A stretch of DNA of 64,000 nt from Eledone cirrhosa (GCA_964016885.1 OZ024744.1:45384001-45448000); one strand, 5' to 3'; positions 35,221-55,319 are shown, numbered from the stretch's first letter. Program-made: numbers and translations. Notes: generated by a model not told the origin, from the sequence alone.

Positions 35221-38200
35221 ACCACACCACACTAAAATATATCACACCACACTACAATATATCACATCCATACTACAATATATCACACTAAACTACACTA
35301 TGTCACACCACACTACAGTATGTCGACACTACTCAACACTATACCATTCCACATTACAATATATCACACCACACTACAATATACCACTCCATACTACAAT
35401 ATACCACACCATACTTCAATATACCACACCACATTAAAATATACCACACCACACTACAATATATCACACTACAATATACCACTCAACACTACAATATATC
35501 ACTCTACACTACAATATACCACTCCACACTACAATATACCACACCACACTACAATATATCACATCACACTATACTATATCACATCACACTACAATATACC
35601 AAACCACACTACAATATATCACACTATACTACAATATACCACTCCACACTACACTCAATATACCACTCCATAGTACAATATATCACACCACACTAGAATA
35701 TATCCCACTACATTACAATATATCACACCACATTACAATATATTACATAGAACTGCAATATACAACTCCACACTACATTATACAACTCCACACTACAATA
35801 TACTACGCCACACTACAATATACCACATCACACTACAATATACCACGCCCCAGTACACTATACCACATCACACTACAATATATCAAACCACACTACAATA
35901 TATCACATCATACTACAATATATCACATTACACTACACTACATCACACCACACTAGAATATATCGACACTACTCTACACTATACCACTCCATCTTACAAT
36001 ATATCACATCATACTACAATATACGACACCACACTACAATATATCACACCACACTGTACCACTCCACACTATACCACTCCACACTACACTATACCACACC
36101 ACACTACAATATACCACACGACACTACAATATATCGGACTGTACTTCAATATATCATACCACACTATAATATATCACAGTACACTGCACCATACCACTCC
36201 ACATTACAGTATATAACATCATACTACACTATACCACCACACTACAATATATCACACCGCACTACAATATACCACACCACACTACAATATACCACAACAC
36301 ACTGCAGTATCCCACACTACTATATATCGCAGGACACTACAATATACCACATCACACTACACTATAACACACCACACTATAAAATAACACTCAACACTAC
36401 AATATAAGACACTACATCACGCCACACTACAATATACCACACCACACTACAATATATCACACTACACTACAATATACCAGGTCACACTACAATATACGAC
36501 ACCACACTACAATATGCTAATCCATACTGCACTATATCACAATACACTACAATATACCACACCACACTACAATATACCACACCACACAACAATATACCAC
36601 ACCAGACTACATTATACCACACCATTTTACAATATACTAGACCACACTACAATATATCACACTACACTACAATATACCACTCCACACTACAATATATCAC
36701 AGCAAACTACAATATACAACATTACACTACACTATATCACACCGGACTACTATATATCAAACCACATTACAATATATCACACTACAATATACCATTCCTC
36801 ACTACAATATACCACACCACACTACAAGATACCACACCACACTACAATATACCACACTACACTACAATATATCACACCAAACTACAATATATCACACCAC
36901 ACTACAATATATCACACTATACTACAATATACCACTCCACACCACAGTACAATATAACATACCACACTACAATATATCACATTACATTAGAATATATCAC
37001 ATAACATTACAATATATTACATAACACTGCAATATACAACTCCACACTACACTATACAACTCCATACTACAATATACCATATCACACTACAATGTACAAC
37101 ACCACACTACACTATACCACACCACACTAAAATATATCACACTAAACTACACTGTATCACACCACACTACAATATACCACATCATACTACAATATATCAC
37201 TCTAAACTACACTACATCACACCACACTACAATATGTCGACATTACTCTACTCTATACCATTCCACGTTACAATATATCACATCACACTACAATATACCA
37301 CACCACACTACAATGTACCAGACCACACTACAGTATATCACACCGCACTAGAACATATCACACTACATTACAATATATCACACCACATTACAATATATTA
37401 GATCACACTACAATATACCACATCACACTACAATATACCACACACACACTACACTATACCACACCACACTACAATATATCAAACCACACTACAATATATC
37501 GACACTACTCTACACTATACCACTCCATGTTACAATATATCACATCACACTACAATATACCACATCATACTAACATATATCACATCATACTACAAATATA
37601 CGACACCACACTACAATATATCACACCACACCACACTATACCACTCCACACTACACTATACCACTCCACACTACAATATACCACTCGACACTACTATATA
37701 TCACACTACACTGCACCGTACCACTCCACATTGCAGTATATAACATCATACTACACTATACCACCACACTACAATATATCACACCGCACTACAATATACT
37801 ACACCACACTACAGTATCCCACACTACTATATATCACAGCACACTACAATATACCACATCAAACTACAATATAACACACCACACTATAAAATATCAGTCA
37901 ACACTTCAATATACCACACTATATCACGCCACACTACAATATACCACACCCCAATACAATATGCTAATCCATCCTGCAATATATCACACTACACTACAAT
38001 ATACCACACCACACTACACTATACCACACCACAATATGCTAATCCATACTGCAATATATCACACTACACTACAATATACCACACCACACTACAATATACC
38101 ACACCACACTACAATATACCACTCCACACTAGAATATCCCACTCCAAACTACAATATACCACAGCGCACTACAATATATCACACTAAACTAAATATACCA

Positions 38201-40031
38201 CACCACACTAAATATACCACTTCACACAACAATATACCACACCACACTACACTATACCACTCCACACTACAATATACCACACCACACTACAATATAAAAC
38301 ACCATACTACAAAATACCAGACCATTTTACAATATACTAGACGACGCTACAATATATCACACTACACTACAATATATCACACTACACTACAATATACCAC
38401 TCCACACTACAATATATCACACCAAACTACAATATACCACACTACACTATATGACACCAGACTCCTATATATCAAACCACGTTACAATATATAACACTAC
38501 ACTACAATATACCAACCCTCACTACATTATACCACACCACACTACAAAATATCACACTACAATATACCACTCCACACTACAATATATAACACTAGACTAC
38601 AATATACCTCTCAACTCTACAATATACCACTCAACACTACAATATGCCACTCCACACTACAATATATTCCACCACACTACAATATATAACACTATACTAC
38701 AATATACCACTCCACAGTACAACATATCAGACCACACTACAATATACCACACCACACTACAATATATCACATTAAACTAGAATATACTCCACCACACTAC
38801 AATATATAACACTATACTACAATATACCACTCCACAGTACAATATATCAGACCATACTATAATATATGACACTACATTACAATATATCACAACACATTAC
38901 AATATATTACATAACACTGCAATATACAACTCCACACTACACTATACAACTTCACACTACAATATACTACACCACACTACAATATACCATATCACACTAC
39001 AATATACCACACTACACTACACTATACCACACCACACTAAAATATATCACACCACACTACAATATATCACATAATATTACAATATATCACACTAAACTAC
39101 ACTATATCACACCACACTACAATATGTCGACATTACTCTACACTATACCACTCTACGTTACAATATATCACATCACACTACAATATACCACACCACACTA
39201 CAATATACCAGACCACACTACAGTATATGACACCACACTAGAATATATCACACTACATTACAATATATCACACCACATTATAATATATTAGATCACACTA
39301 CAATATACAACTACACACTACACTATACAACCCCTCACTACAATATACTACGCCACACTACAATATATCACACCACACTACAATATACCACACCACATTA
39401 CAATATATCACACCACATTACAATATAACACATCCCACTACAATATACCACACCACACTACAATATACCAGACCACACTACAGTATATCCCACCACACTA
39501 GAATATATCACACCACATTACAATATATCACATCACACTACAATATACCACAAAACACTACAATATATCACATCATACTACAATATACCACACCAAACTA
39601 CAATATATCACACCGCACCACACTATACCACTCCCCACTACAATATATCGCATTGTACTCCAATATATCATACTACACTACAATATAGGACACTACACTG
39701 CACCATACCACTCCACACTACAGTAAACCACACTATATCACACGACACTACAATATACACACTACACTACAATATACCACGTCACACTACAATATACCAC
39801 ACCACACTACAATATACCACACTATAATATATCACACTAAACTACAATATACCACACCACACTACAATATACCACACCACAATATAATATACTACACCAC
39901 ACTGCTATATCCCACGCCACACTACAATATATCACACTAAACTACAATATACCACACCACACTACAATATACCACTTCACACAAAAATATACCACGCCAC
40001 ACTACACTATACCACTCCACACTACAATATG

Positions 40032-43000
40032 CCACACCACACTACAATATACCACACCATACTACACTATACCACACCACACTACACTATACCACACCAT
40101 ACTACACTATATCCCTGCACACTACAATATACCACATCACACTAAAATATACCACATCACAATACAATATATTCCACCTCACTACAATATATCACATCGC
40201 ATTGCAATGTACCACACCACACTACAATATACCACAACACACTACATTATACAACACCACAGTACAATGCACCACTCTACAATATACAACACCACACTAC
40301 AATATACCAGACCACACTACAATATATCACAATACACGACAATATATCAAACTGCACTGCAATATACCACACCACGCTACAATATACCACAGCACACCAC
40401 ACTATACCATATCAAACTACAATATACCACACCAGACTACAATATACCACTCCACACTACAATATATTAAACTACACTACAATATACCACATCAAATATA
40501 CCAGACCACACTACAATATATCACTCTACACTACAATATATCGCACTACACTACAAGATACCAAACCACACTACAATGTATCATATCTCACTACACTATA
40601 TCACATCACACTACAATATACCACACCGCACTAAAATATATCACACTATACTACAATATACCACTCCACACTTCAATATATCACACCACACTACACAATA
40701 TCACACTACATTACGATATATTACCTAACACTGCAATATACAACGCCACACTACACTATATAACTCCACACTACAATATACTACAACACACTAACATATA
40801 CCACATCAAACTACAATATATCACAGCACACTACACTATACCACACCACACTACAATATATCACACCACACTACAATATATCACACTACATTACAATATA
40901 TTACCTAACACTGCAATATACAACTCCACCCTCCACTATACAACTCCATACTACAATATACTACGCCACACTACACTATATAACTCCACACTACAATATA
41001 CTACAACACACTAACATATACCACATCAAACTACAATATATCACAGCACACTACACTATACCACACCACACTACAATATATCACACCACACTACAATATA
41101 TCACACTACATTACAATATATTACCTAACACTGCAATATACAACTCCACCCTCCACTATACAACTCCATACTACAATATACTACGCCACACTACACTATA
41201 CCACACCACACTACAGTATATCGACACTACACTACAATATACCACACCGCACTGCAATATACCACACCACACTACAATATACCACACCACACGGCAATAT
41301 ATCACATCATACTACAATATATCACATTACACTACACTATATCACAGCACACTACAATATATCGACACTACTCTACGCGATACCACTCCATGTTACAATA
41401 TATCACACCACACCACACTATACCACTCGACGCTACACTATACCACTCCACACTACAATATGCCACCTCACACTAAAATATATCGAACTGTACTTCAATA
41501 TATCATACCACACTACACTGCACCATACCACTCTACATTACAGTATAACACATCATACTACACTATACAACCACACTACAATATATCACACCGCACTACA
41601 ATATACCACACCACACTACAATATACCACTTCACACAACAATATACCATACCCCATTACACTATACCACTCCACACTACAATATACCTCACCATACTACA
41701 CTATGCCACACCACACTACACTATACCATCCCATACTACAATATCCCAGACCACGCTACAATATATCACACTACACTACGCTATAGCACACTACACTACA
41801 ATATATCACACCAAACTACAATATACACACTACACTACACTATATCACACCACACTAGTATATATCAAACCACATTACAATATATCACACTGCACTACAA
41901 TATACCACACCACACTACAATATACCACACCACACTAAAATATACCACTCCACACTACAATATACCACACCACACTACAAAATATCACAATACACTACAA
42001 TATACCTCTCCACACTACAATATATCATACTAGACTACAATATACAACTCAACTCTACAATATATCACTCAACACTACAATACACCACTCCACACTACAA
42101 TATATCACACTACAATATACCACTCCACATTAAAATATATCACACCACACTACAATATATCACACCACACTACACTATACCACACTGCATTACAATATAT
42201 CACACCACATTACAATATATTACATAACACTGCAATATACAACTCTGCACTACACTGTAGCACTCCACACTACAATATACCACACCACACTACAATATAC
42301 CACACCACACTACACTATACCACACCACACTACAATATATCACACCACACTACAATATATCACATCATACTACAATATATCACATGACACTAAAATATGT
42401 CGACATTACTTTACACTATACCACTCCACGTTACAATATATCACATCACACTACAATATACCACACCCCACTACAATATACCAGACCATACTACAATATA
42501 CCACATCACACTACAATAAATCACACCACACCACACTATACCACTCCACACTACAATATACCACTACATGCTACAATATATCGCACTGAACTTCAATATA
42601 TCATACGACACTACAACATGCCACTCCACACTACAATATATCACATCATACTACATTATACCACCACCCTATAATATATCACACCCCACTAAAATATACC
42701 ACACCACACTACAATATAACACACCACACTACAGTATCCCACACCACACTAGTATATACCACACTACACTACAATATACCACGTCACATTACAATGTACC
42801 ACACCACACTACAATATGCTAATCCATACTGCAATATATGACACTACACTACAATATACCACGCCACACTACAATTTACCACACCACACTACAATATACT
42901 ACTCCACACTAGAATATCCCACTCCAGACTACAATAAACCACACCACACTACAATATATCATACTAAACTACAATATACCACACCACAGTACAATATACC

Positions 43001-46000
43001 ACTTCACACAACAATATACCACACCACACTACACTATACCACTCCACACTACAATATTCCACAACACACTACAATATACCACACCATACTAAACTATACC
43101 ACACCTCACTACACTATACCACACCATACTACACTATACCACTCCACACTAGAATATACCACACCACACTAGAATATACCACACCACACTACAATATAAC
43201 ACACCACACTAAAATATACCACACCAAACTAGAATATACCAGACCACACTACTCTATATCAAACCACATTACAATATATCACACTACACTACAATATACC
43301 ACTCCACACTACAATATACCACACCACACTACAATATACCACACCATACTACACTATACCACACCACACTACACTATACCACACCATACTACACTATATC
43401 CCTGCACACTACAATATACCACATCACACTAAAATATACCACATCACAATACAATATATTCCACCTCACTACAATATATCACATCGCATTGCAATGTACC
43501 ACACCACACTACAATATACCACAACACACTACATTATACAACACCACAGTACAATGCACCACTCTACAATATACAACACCACACTCCAATATACCAGACC
43601 ACACTACAATATATCACAATACACGACAATATATCAAACTGCACTGCAATATACCACACCACGCTACAATATACCACAGCACACCACACTATACCATATC
43701 AAACTACAATATACCACACCAGACTACAATATACCACTCCACACTACAATATATTAAACTACACTACAATATACCACATCAAATATACCAGACCACACTA
43801 CAATATATCACTCTACACTACAATATATCGCACTACACTACAAGATACCAAACCACACTACAATGTATCATATCTCACTACACTATATCACATCACACTA
43901 CAATATACCACACCGCACTAAAATATATCACACTATATTACAATATACCACTCCACACTTCAATATATCACACCACACTACACAATATCACACTACATTA
44001 CGATATATTACCTAACACTGCAATATACAACGCCACACTACACTATATAACTCCACACTACAATATACTACAACACACTAACATATACCACATCAAACTA
44101 CAATATATCACAGCACACTACACTATACCACACCACACTACAATATATCACACCACACTACAATATATCACACTACATTACAATATATTACCTAACACTG
44201 CAATATACAACTCCACCCTCCACTATACAACTCCATACTACAATATACTACGCCACACTACACTATATAACTCCACACTACAATATACTACAACACACTA
44301 ACATATACCACATCAAACTACAATATATCACAGCACACTACACTATACCACACCACACTACAATATATCACACCACACTACAATATATCACACTACATTA
44401 CAATATATTACCTAACACTGCAATATACAACTCCACCCTCCACTATACAACTCCATACTACAATATACTACGCCACACTACACTATACCACACCACACTA
44501 CAGTATATCGACACTACACTACAATATACCACACCGCACTGCAATATACCACACCACACTACAATATACCACACCACACGGCAATATATCACATCATACT
44601 ACAATATATCACATTACACTACACTATATCACAGCACACTACAATATATCGACACTACTCTACGCGATACCACTCTATGTTACAATATATCACACCACAC
44701 CACACTATACCACTCGACGCTACACTATACCACTCCACACTACAATATGCCACCTCACACTAAAATATATCGAACTGTACTTCAATATATCATACCACAC
44801 TACACTGCACCATACCACTCTACATTACAGTATAACACATCATACTACACTATACAACCACACTACAATATATCACACCGCACTACAATATACCACACCA
44901 CACTACAATATACCACTTCACACAACAATATACCATACCCCATTACACTATACCACTCCACACTACAATATACCTCACCATACTACACTATGCCACACCA
45001 CACTACACTATACCACCCCATACTACAATATCCCAGACCACGCTACAATATATCACACTACACTACGCTATAGCACACTACACTACAATATATCACACCA
45101 AACTACAATATACACACTACACTACACTATATCACACCACACTAGTATATATCAAACCACATTACAATATATCACACTGCACTACAATATACCACACCAC
45201 ACTACAATATACCACACCACACTAAAATATACCACTCCACACTACAATATACCACACCACACTACAAAATATCACAATACACTACAATATACCTCTCCAC
45301 ACTACAATATATCATACTAGACTACAATATACAACTCAACTCTACAATATATCACTCAACACTACAATACACCACTCCACACTACAATATATCACACTAC
45401 AATATACCACTCCACATTAAAATATATCACACCACACTACAATATATCACACCACACTACACTATACCACACTGCATTACAATATATCACACCACATTAC
45501 AATATATTACATAACACTGCAATATACAACTCTGCACTACACTGTAGCACTCCACACTACAATATACCACACCACACTACAATATACCACACCACACTAC
45601 ACTATACCACACCACACTACAATATATCACACCACACTACAATATATCACATCATACTACAATATATCACATGACACTAAAATATGTCGACATTACTTTA
45701 CACTATACCACTCCACGTTACAATATATCACATCACACTACAATATACCACACCCCACTACAATATACCAGACCATACTACAATATACCACATCACACTA
45801 CAATAAATCACACCACACCACACTATACCACTCCACACTACAATATACCACTACATGCTACAATATATCGCACTGAACTTCAATATATCATACGACACTA
45901 CAACATGCCACTCCACACTACAATATATCACATCATACTACATTATACCACCACCCTATAATATATCACACCCCACTAAAATATACCACACCACACTACA

Positions 46001-46634
46001 ATATAACACACCACACTACAGTATCCCACACCACACTACTATATACCACACTACACTACAATATACCACGTCACATTACAATGTACCACACCACACTACA
46101 ATATGCTAATCCATACTGCAATATATGACACTACACTACAATATACCACGCCACACTACAATTTACCACACCACACTACAATATACTACTCCACACTAGA
46201 ATATCCCACTCCAGACTACAATAAACCACACCACACTACAATATATCACACTAAACTACAATATACCACACCACAGTACAATATACCACTTCACACAACA
46301 ATATACCACACCACACTACACTATACCACTCCACACTACAATATTCCACAACACACTACAATATACCACACCATACTAAACTATACCACACCTCACTACA
46401 CTATACCACACCATACTACACTATACCACTCCACACTAGAATATACCACACCACACTAGAATATACCACACCACACTACAATATAACACACCACACTAAA
46501 ATATACCACACCAAACTAGAATATACCAGACCACACTACTATATATCAAACCACATTACAATATATCACACTACACTACAATATACCACTCCACACTACA
46601 ATATACCACACCACACTACAATATACCACACCAC
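40032..46634. repeat. Head-to-tail tandem duplication, period 3,287 bp, near-identical (about 7 substitutions seen)
   Basis: ORF pairs 40202/43489, 40207/43494, 41460/44747, 42384/45671, 42568/45855 and 42816/46103 all have offset 3287. Single differences include YNIPD vs SNIPD and HHTSIY vs HHTTIY in translation. Confidence 0.95.
40743..41200. repeat. Exact-looking 220-bp (11-monomer) tandem duplication nested in the 3,287-bp unit; also present at 44030-44487
   Basis: TAACTCCACACTACAATATACTACAACACACTAACATATA at 40761 and 40981; CAACTCCACCCTCCACTATA at 40921 and 41141. Confidence 0.92.
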
Positions 46635-46849
46635 ACTACAGTATATCACACTACAATATACCACACCACACTAGAATATACCACACCACACTACAATATA
46701 TCACACTACAATATATCACACTGCAATATACCACTCCACACTACAATATTTCACACTAGATTACAATATACCACTCAACACTACAATATATCACTCTACA
46801 CTACAATATAGCACTTCACACTACAATATACCACACCACATTACAATGT

Positions 46850-49800
46850 ATCACATCACACTACACTATATCACATCACACTACCATATACCACACCACA
46901 CTGCAATATATCCCACTATACTACAATATACCACTCCACACAACAATATATCACACTACACTCAATATACCACTCCACAGTACAATATATCACACTACAC
47001 TACAATATATCACACTACATTACAATATATCACACCACATTACAATATATTACATAACACTGCAATATACATCTCCACACTACACTATACAACTCCACAC
47101 TACAATATACTACGCCACACTACAATATACCACATCACACTATCATATACCACACCACACAACACTATATCACACCACACTACAATATATCACATCATAC
47201 CACAATATACGACACCACACTACAATATATCACACCACACCAGACTATACCACTCTACACTACACTATAAGACTCCACACAACAATATACCACTCCATCC
47301 TACAATATATCGCACTGTACTTCATTATATATTACGACACTACAATATATCACACTACACTGCACCATACCACACCACACTACTAAATATCACATCATAC
47401 TACATTATACCACCAACCTATAATATATCACACCGCACTAAAATAATCTACACTACATATAAATATACCACACCACACTACAGTATCCCACACCACACTA
47501 CAATAAATCACACCACACTACAATATACCACATCAAACTATAAAATATCACAACCACACTAAAATATACCACATTTATCACGCCACACTACAATATACCA
47601 CGTCACACTATAATGTACCACATCACACTACAATATGCTAATCCATACTGCAATATATCCCACTACACTACAATTTTCCACACCACACTACAATATACCA
47701 CACCACACTACAATATACCACTCCACACTAGAATATCCAAATCCACACTACAAAATAACGCACCACACTACAATATATCACACTAAACTACAATGTACCA
47801 CACCACAGTATAATATACAACTTCACACAACAATATACCACATCACACTACACTATACCACTCCACACTACAATATCCCACACAAAACTACAATATACCA
47901 CACCATACTACACTATACCACACCTCACTACACTATACCACACCATACTACACTATTTCCTCCACACAGAATATACCACACCACACTGCAATATACCACT
48001 CCACACTACAATATACCACACCACACTAAACTATACCACACCACACTACAAAAAAGCCCACTACACTACAATATACCACATCACGTTGCAATATATCACA
48101 CCACACTGCAATATACCACACCATACTAACATATACCACACCACACTACAATATACCACACCACACTGCAATATACCACACCATACTAACATATACCACA
48201 CCACACTACAGTACACCACACCACACAACAATATACCACACCAAACTACAATATACCACTCCACACGACAATATATCAAAATACACTGCACTATACCAGA
48301 CCACACTACAATATACCACACCACAATACACTATACCATACCACACTACAATATACCACACTACACTACAATATACCACACCACACTAAAATGTACCACA
48401 CCACAATAAAATATACCACACCATACTACAATATACCACACCACACCATACTACATTATCCCAGACCACGCTACAATATATCACATTAAACTACAATATA
48501 TCACACTACACTACAATATACCACTCCACACTACAATATATCACACCAAACTACAATATACCACACTACACTATATCACACCACACTACTATATATCAAA
48601 CCACATTACAATATATCACACTACACTACAATATACAACTCCACACTACAATATACCACACCACACTACAATATACTACTCCACACTACAATATACCACA
48701 CCACACTACAAAATATCACACTACACTACAATATACCACTCCACACTACAATATACCACTCAACTCTACAATATATCACTCTACACTACAATATACCACA
48801 CCTCACTACAATATATAACATCACACTACACTATATCACATCACACTACAATATACCACACCACACTACAATATATCACACTATACTACAATATACCACT
48901 CCACACTACAATATATCACACCACACTACAATATATCACACTACATTACACTATATCACACCACATTACAATATATTACATAACTCTGCAATATACAACT
49001 CCACACTACACTATACAACTCCACACTACAATATACTACAACACACTAACATACACCACATCAAACTACAATATATCACAGCACACTACACTATACCACA
49101 CCATACTACAATATATCTCACCACACTACAATATATCACACTACACTACACTATATCACACAACACTTCAATATGTCGACATTACTCTACATTATACCAC
49201 TCCATGTTACAATATACCACACCACACTACAATATATAACACCACACTACAATATATCACATCATACTACAATATATCACACTACACTACACTATATCAC
49301 ACCACACTACAATATACCTACATCACACTACATTACACCACACCACACTACAATATACCACACCATACGACAATATATCAAAATACACTGCAATATACCA
49401 CACCACGCTACAATATACCACACCACTTTACACTATACTATACCAAACTACACTATACCACTCCACACTACAATATCCCACACCACACTGCAATATACCA
49501 CACCATACTACACTATACCACACCTCTCTTCACTATGCCACATCATACTACACTATATCCCTCCACACTAGAATATACCACACCACACTACAATATACCA
49601 CACCACACTAAAATATACCACACCAAACTACAATGTACCAGACCACATACTATATATCAAACCACATTACAATATATCACACTACACTACAATATACCAC
49701 TCTACACTACAATATTCCACACCACACTACAATATACCTCACCACACTACAATAAATCACACTACAATATACCACTCCACACTACAATATATCACACTAG

Positions 49801-52450
49801 ACTACAATATACCACTCAACACTACAATATATCATTCTACACTACAATATAGCACTTCACACTACAATATACCACACCACATTACAATATACCACACCAC
49901 ACCACACTGCAATATATCACACTATACTTCAATATACCACTCCACACGATAATATATCACACTACACTCAATATACCTCTCCACAGTACAATATATCACA
50001 CCACACTACAATATATGACACTACATTACAATATATCACACCACATTACAATATATTACATAACAATGCAATATACAACTCCACACTACAATATACTACG
50101 CGACACTACAATATACCACATCACACTAAAATATACCACACCACACTACACTATATCACACCACACTACAATATATCACATCATACTACAATATATCACA
50201 TTACACTACACAATATCACACCACACTACAATATAATAACAGTACTCTACACTATACCACTCCATGCTACAATATACCACATCACACTACAATATACGAC
50301 ACCACACTACAATATATCACACCACACCACACTATACCACACCACACTACACTATAACACTCCACACTACAATATACCACTCCATACGACAAAATATCAC
50401 ACTGTACTTCATTATATAATACGACACTACAATATATCACACTACACTGCACCATACCACACCACACTACAATATATCACATCATACTACATTATACCAC
50501 CACCCTATAATATATCACACCGCACTAAAATATACTACACCAAATATAAATATTCCACACCACACTACAGTATCCCACACCACACTACTATATATCACAC
50601 CACACTACAATATACCACACTTTATCACGCCACACTACAATATACCACACTACACTACAATATACCACACCACACTACAATATACGACCCCACACTAACA
50701 TATACCGAACCACGCTACAATATACTACACCACACTGCAATATATCACACCACACTACAGTACACCACACCACACAACAATATGCCACACCAAACTACGA
50801 TATACCACTCCAAACGACAATATATCAAACTACACTGCACCATACCAGACCACACCTCAATATACCACACCACAATACACTATACCATACCACACTACAA
50901 TATATCACACTACACTACAATATACCACACCACACTAAAATATCTCACACCACACTACAATATACCACACCACACTACAATATACCACACCGTACTACAA
51001 TATACCACAACACACTACACTATACCACACCATACTACAATATCCCAGACCACGCTACAATATATCACACTACACTACAATATATCACACTACACTACAA
51101 TATACCAATCCACACTACAATATATCACACCAAACTACAATATACCACACTACACTACACTATATCACACCACACTACTATATATCGAACCACATTACAA
51201 TATATCACACTACACTACAATATACAACTCCACACTACAATATACCACACCACACTACAATGTACCACTCCACACTACAATATACCACACCACACTACAA
51301 AATATCACACTACACTACAATATACCACTCCACACTACAATATATCACTCTACAGTACAACATACCACTCCACACTAGAATATCCCACTCCACACTACAA
51401 AATACCAGACCACACTACAATATATCACACTAAACTACAATATACCACACCACAGTATAATGTACAACTTCACAGAACAATATACCACACCACACTACAC
51501 TATACCACTCCACACTACAATATCCCACACCACACGACAATATACCACACCATACAACACTATACCACACCGGACTACACTATACCACACCATACTACAC
51601 TATATCCCTCCACACTAGAATATACCACACCACACTACAATATTCCACTCCACACTGCAATATACCACACCACACTGAAATATACCACACCACAGTACAA
51701 CATATCCCACTACACTACAATAAGCCACATCACATTGCAATATACCACACCACACTGCAATATACCACACCACAGCACACTACAATATACCACACCACAC
51801 TAACATATGCCACACCACGCTACAATATACCACACCACACTGCAATATACCACACCACACTACAGTACACCACACCACACAACGTTATACCGCACCAAAC
51901 TACAATATACCGCTCCACAGGACAATATATCAAACTACACTGCACTATGCCAGACCACACTACAATATACCACACCATAATACAGTATACCATACCACAC
52001 TACAATATACCACACTACACTACAATATGCCACACCACACTAAAATATACCACACCACACTATAATATACCACACCATACTACGATATACCACATCACAC
52101 TACACTATACCACACCATAATACTATATCCCGGACCACGCTACAATATATCACACCAAACTACAATATACCACACTAAACTACACTATATCACACCACAC
52201 TACTATATATCAAACCACATTACAATATATCACACTACACTACAATATACAACTCCACACTACAATATACCACACCACACTAAAATATACCACTCCACAC
52301 TACAATATACCACACCACACTACAACATATCACACTACACTACAGTATACCACTCAACTCTACAATATATCACTCTACACTACAATATACCACACCACAC
52401 TACAATATATCACACTATACTACAATATACGACTCCACACTACAATATAT
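46850..52450. repeat. Older, diverged multi-copy block (mosaic duplications at 1-3 kb spacing)
   Basis: CACTGTACTTCATTATAT..TACGACAC at ~47313 and ~50400. ACTACAGTACACCACACCACACAAC...CCAAACTAC at ~48205, ~50754 and ~51859. Confidence 0.7.
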
Positions 52451-55319
52451 CACACTACAACATACCACTCCACAGTACAATATATCACACGACACTACAA
52501 TATATCACAGTACATTGGAATATATCACACCACATTACAATATATTACATATCACTGAAATATACAACTCCACACTACACTATACAACTCCACACTACAA
52601 TATACTACACCACACTACAATGTACCACATCACACTACAATATGCCACACCACACTACACCATACGACACCACACTAATATATATCACACCACACTACAA
52701 TATATCACTTCATACTAAAATATATCACACTAAACTACACTATATCACACCACACTAGAATATGTCGACATTACTCTACACTATACCACTCCACGTTACA
52801 ATAGACCACACCACACTACAATATACCAGACCACACTACAATATATCACATCATACTAGAATATATCACACTGCATTACAATATATCACGACACATTACA
52901 ATATATTACATAACACTGCAATATACAACTACACACTACACTATACAAACCCACATTACAATATATCACATCATACTACGATATATTACATTACACTACA
53001 CTATATCACACCACACTATAATATATTGACACGATTCTACACTATACCACTCCACGTTACAAGATATCACATCACACTACAGTATCCCACAAAACACTAC
53101 TATATATCACTCCACACTACAATATACCACACCGCACTACAATATATCACACTAAACTACAATATACCACACCACACTACAATATACCACTTCACACAAA
53201 AATATACGACACCACATTACACTATACCACTCCACACTACAATATACCACATCACACTAAAATATACCACACCACACTACAATATATCACACCACACTGC
53301 AATATACCACACCATAATTTAATACACCATACCACACTACAATATACCACACAACACCACACCACACTATAATACATCACACTTCACTACAATATACCAC
53401 ACCACACCACACTACAATACACCACACCAGACTACAATATACCACACCACACTACAAAGTACCACTCCACAAGACAATATATCAAACTACACTGCAATAT
53501 ACCACACCACGCTACAATATACCACACCACACTACACTATACCATACCAAACTACATTTTACCACTCCACACTACAATATCCCACACCACACTACAATAT
53601 AACACACGATACTACACTATACCACACCTCACTACACTATACCACACCATATTACACTATATTCCTCCACACTAGAATATACCACACCACACTACAACAT
53701 ACCACACCACACTAAAATATACCACACCAAACTACAATATACCAGACCACACTACAATATATCACACTGCACTACAATATATCACACTACACTACAATAT
53801 TACACTCCACACTACAATATATCACACCACAATACAATATATCACATTACACTACACTATATCACACCACACTACAATATATCGACACTACTCTACACTA
53901 TTGCACTCCATGTTACAATATATCACATCATACTACAATATACCACGCCACACTACAATGTATCACACCACACCACACTATACCACTCCACACAACACTG
54001 TACCACTCCACACTACAATATACAACTCCATACTACAATATATCACACTGAACTTCAATATATCATACTACACTACAATATATCACACTACACTGCACCA
54101 TGCCACTCCATACTACAATATATCACATCATACTACATTATACCACCACCCTATAATATAACACACCCCACTAAAATATACCACACCACACTACAATATA
54201 ACACACCACACTACAGTATCCCACACCACAATACTATATATCACACCACACTACAATATACCACACCGCACTACAATATGCCACATCATACTACACTATA
54301 CCAGTCCACACTACAATATACCACATCACACTAACATATGCCACACTACAATATATCCCACTACACTACAATATACCACATCGCATTGCAATATACCACA
54401 CCACACTAAAATATACCACACCAAACTACAATATACCAGACCACACTACAATATATCACACTACACTAAAATATATCACACTACATTACAATATACTACT
54501 CCACACTACAATGTATCACACCACACCACACTATACCACTCCACACAAGACTATACCACACCACACTACAATATACCACGCGATACTACACTATACCACA
54601 CCTCACTACACTATACCACACCATACTACACTATATCCCGCCACACTAGAATATACCACACCACACTACAATATACACACTCCACAGTACATCATATCAC
54701 ATCACAATACAATATATCACACTACATTACAATATATCACACGACATTACAATATATTACATAACACTGCAATATACAACTCCACACTACACTATACAAC
54801 TCCACAGTACAATATACTACACCACACTAAAATATACCACATCACACTATACTATACCACACCACACTACACTATACAACACTACAATATACCACACCAC
54901 ACTACAATATACCACTTCACACAACACTATACCATACCCCACTACACTATACCACTCCACACTACAATATACCACACAATACTACACTATACCACACCAC
55001 ACTACACTATACTACACCATTCTAAAATATACCACTCCATACTACAATATATCGCACTGAAGTTCAATATATTATACGACACTACAGTATATTATTTCTA
55101 CACTGCACCATACCACTCCACCCTACAATATATCACATCTTACTACATTATACCACCACCCTATAATATATCACACCGCACTAAAATATACCACACCACA
55201 CTACTATATATCACACCACACTACAAAATACCACACCACATTATAAAATAACACTCCACACTACAATATACAACACTTTATCACGCCACACTACAATATA
55301 ACACACCACACTACAATAT

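Noticed and set aside
48061-48324. Minus-strand Val/Trp/Cys/Tyr-rich hydrophobic ORFs (also 12474-12689, 50282-50467, 58087-58272) as small membrane proteins
   Set aside because: They are antisense translations of the satellite where a few TAG codons happen to be mutated.
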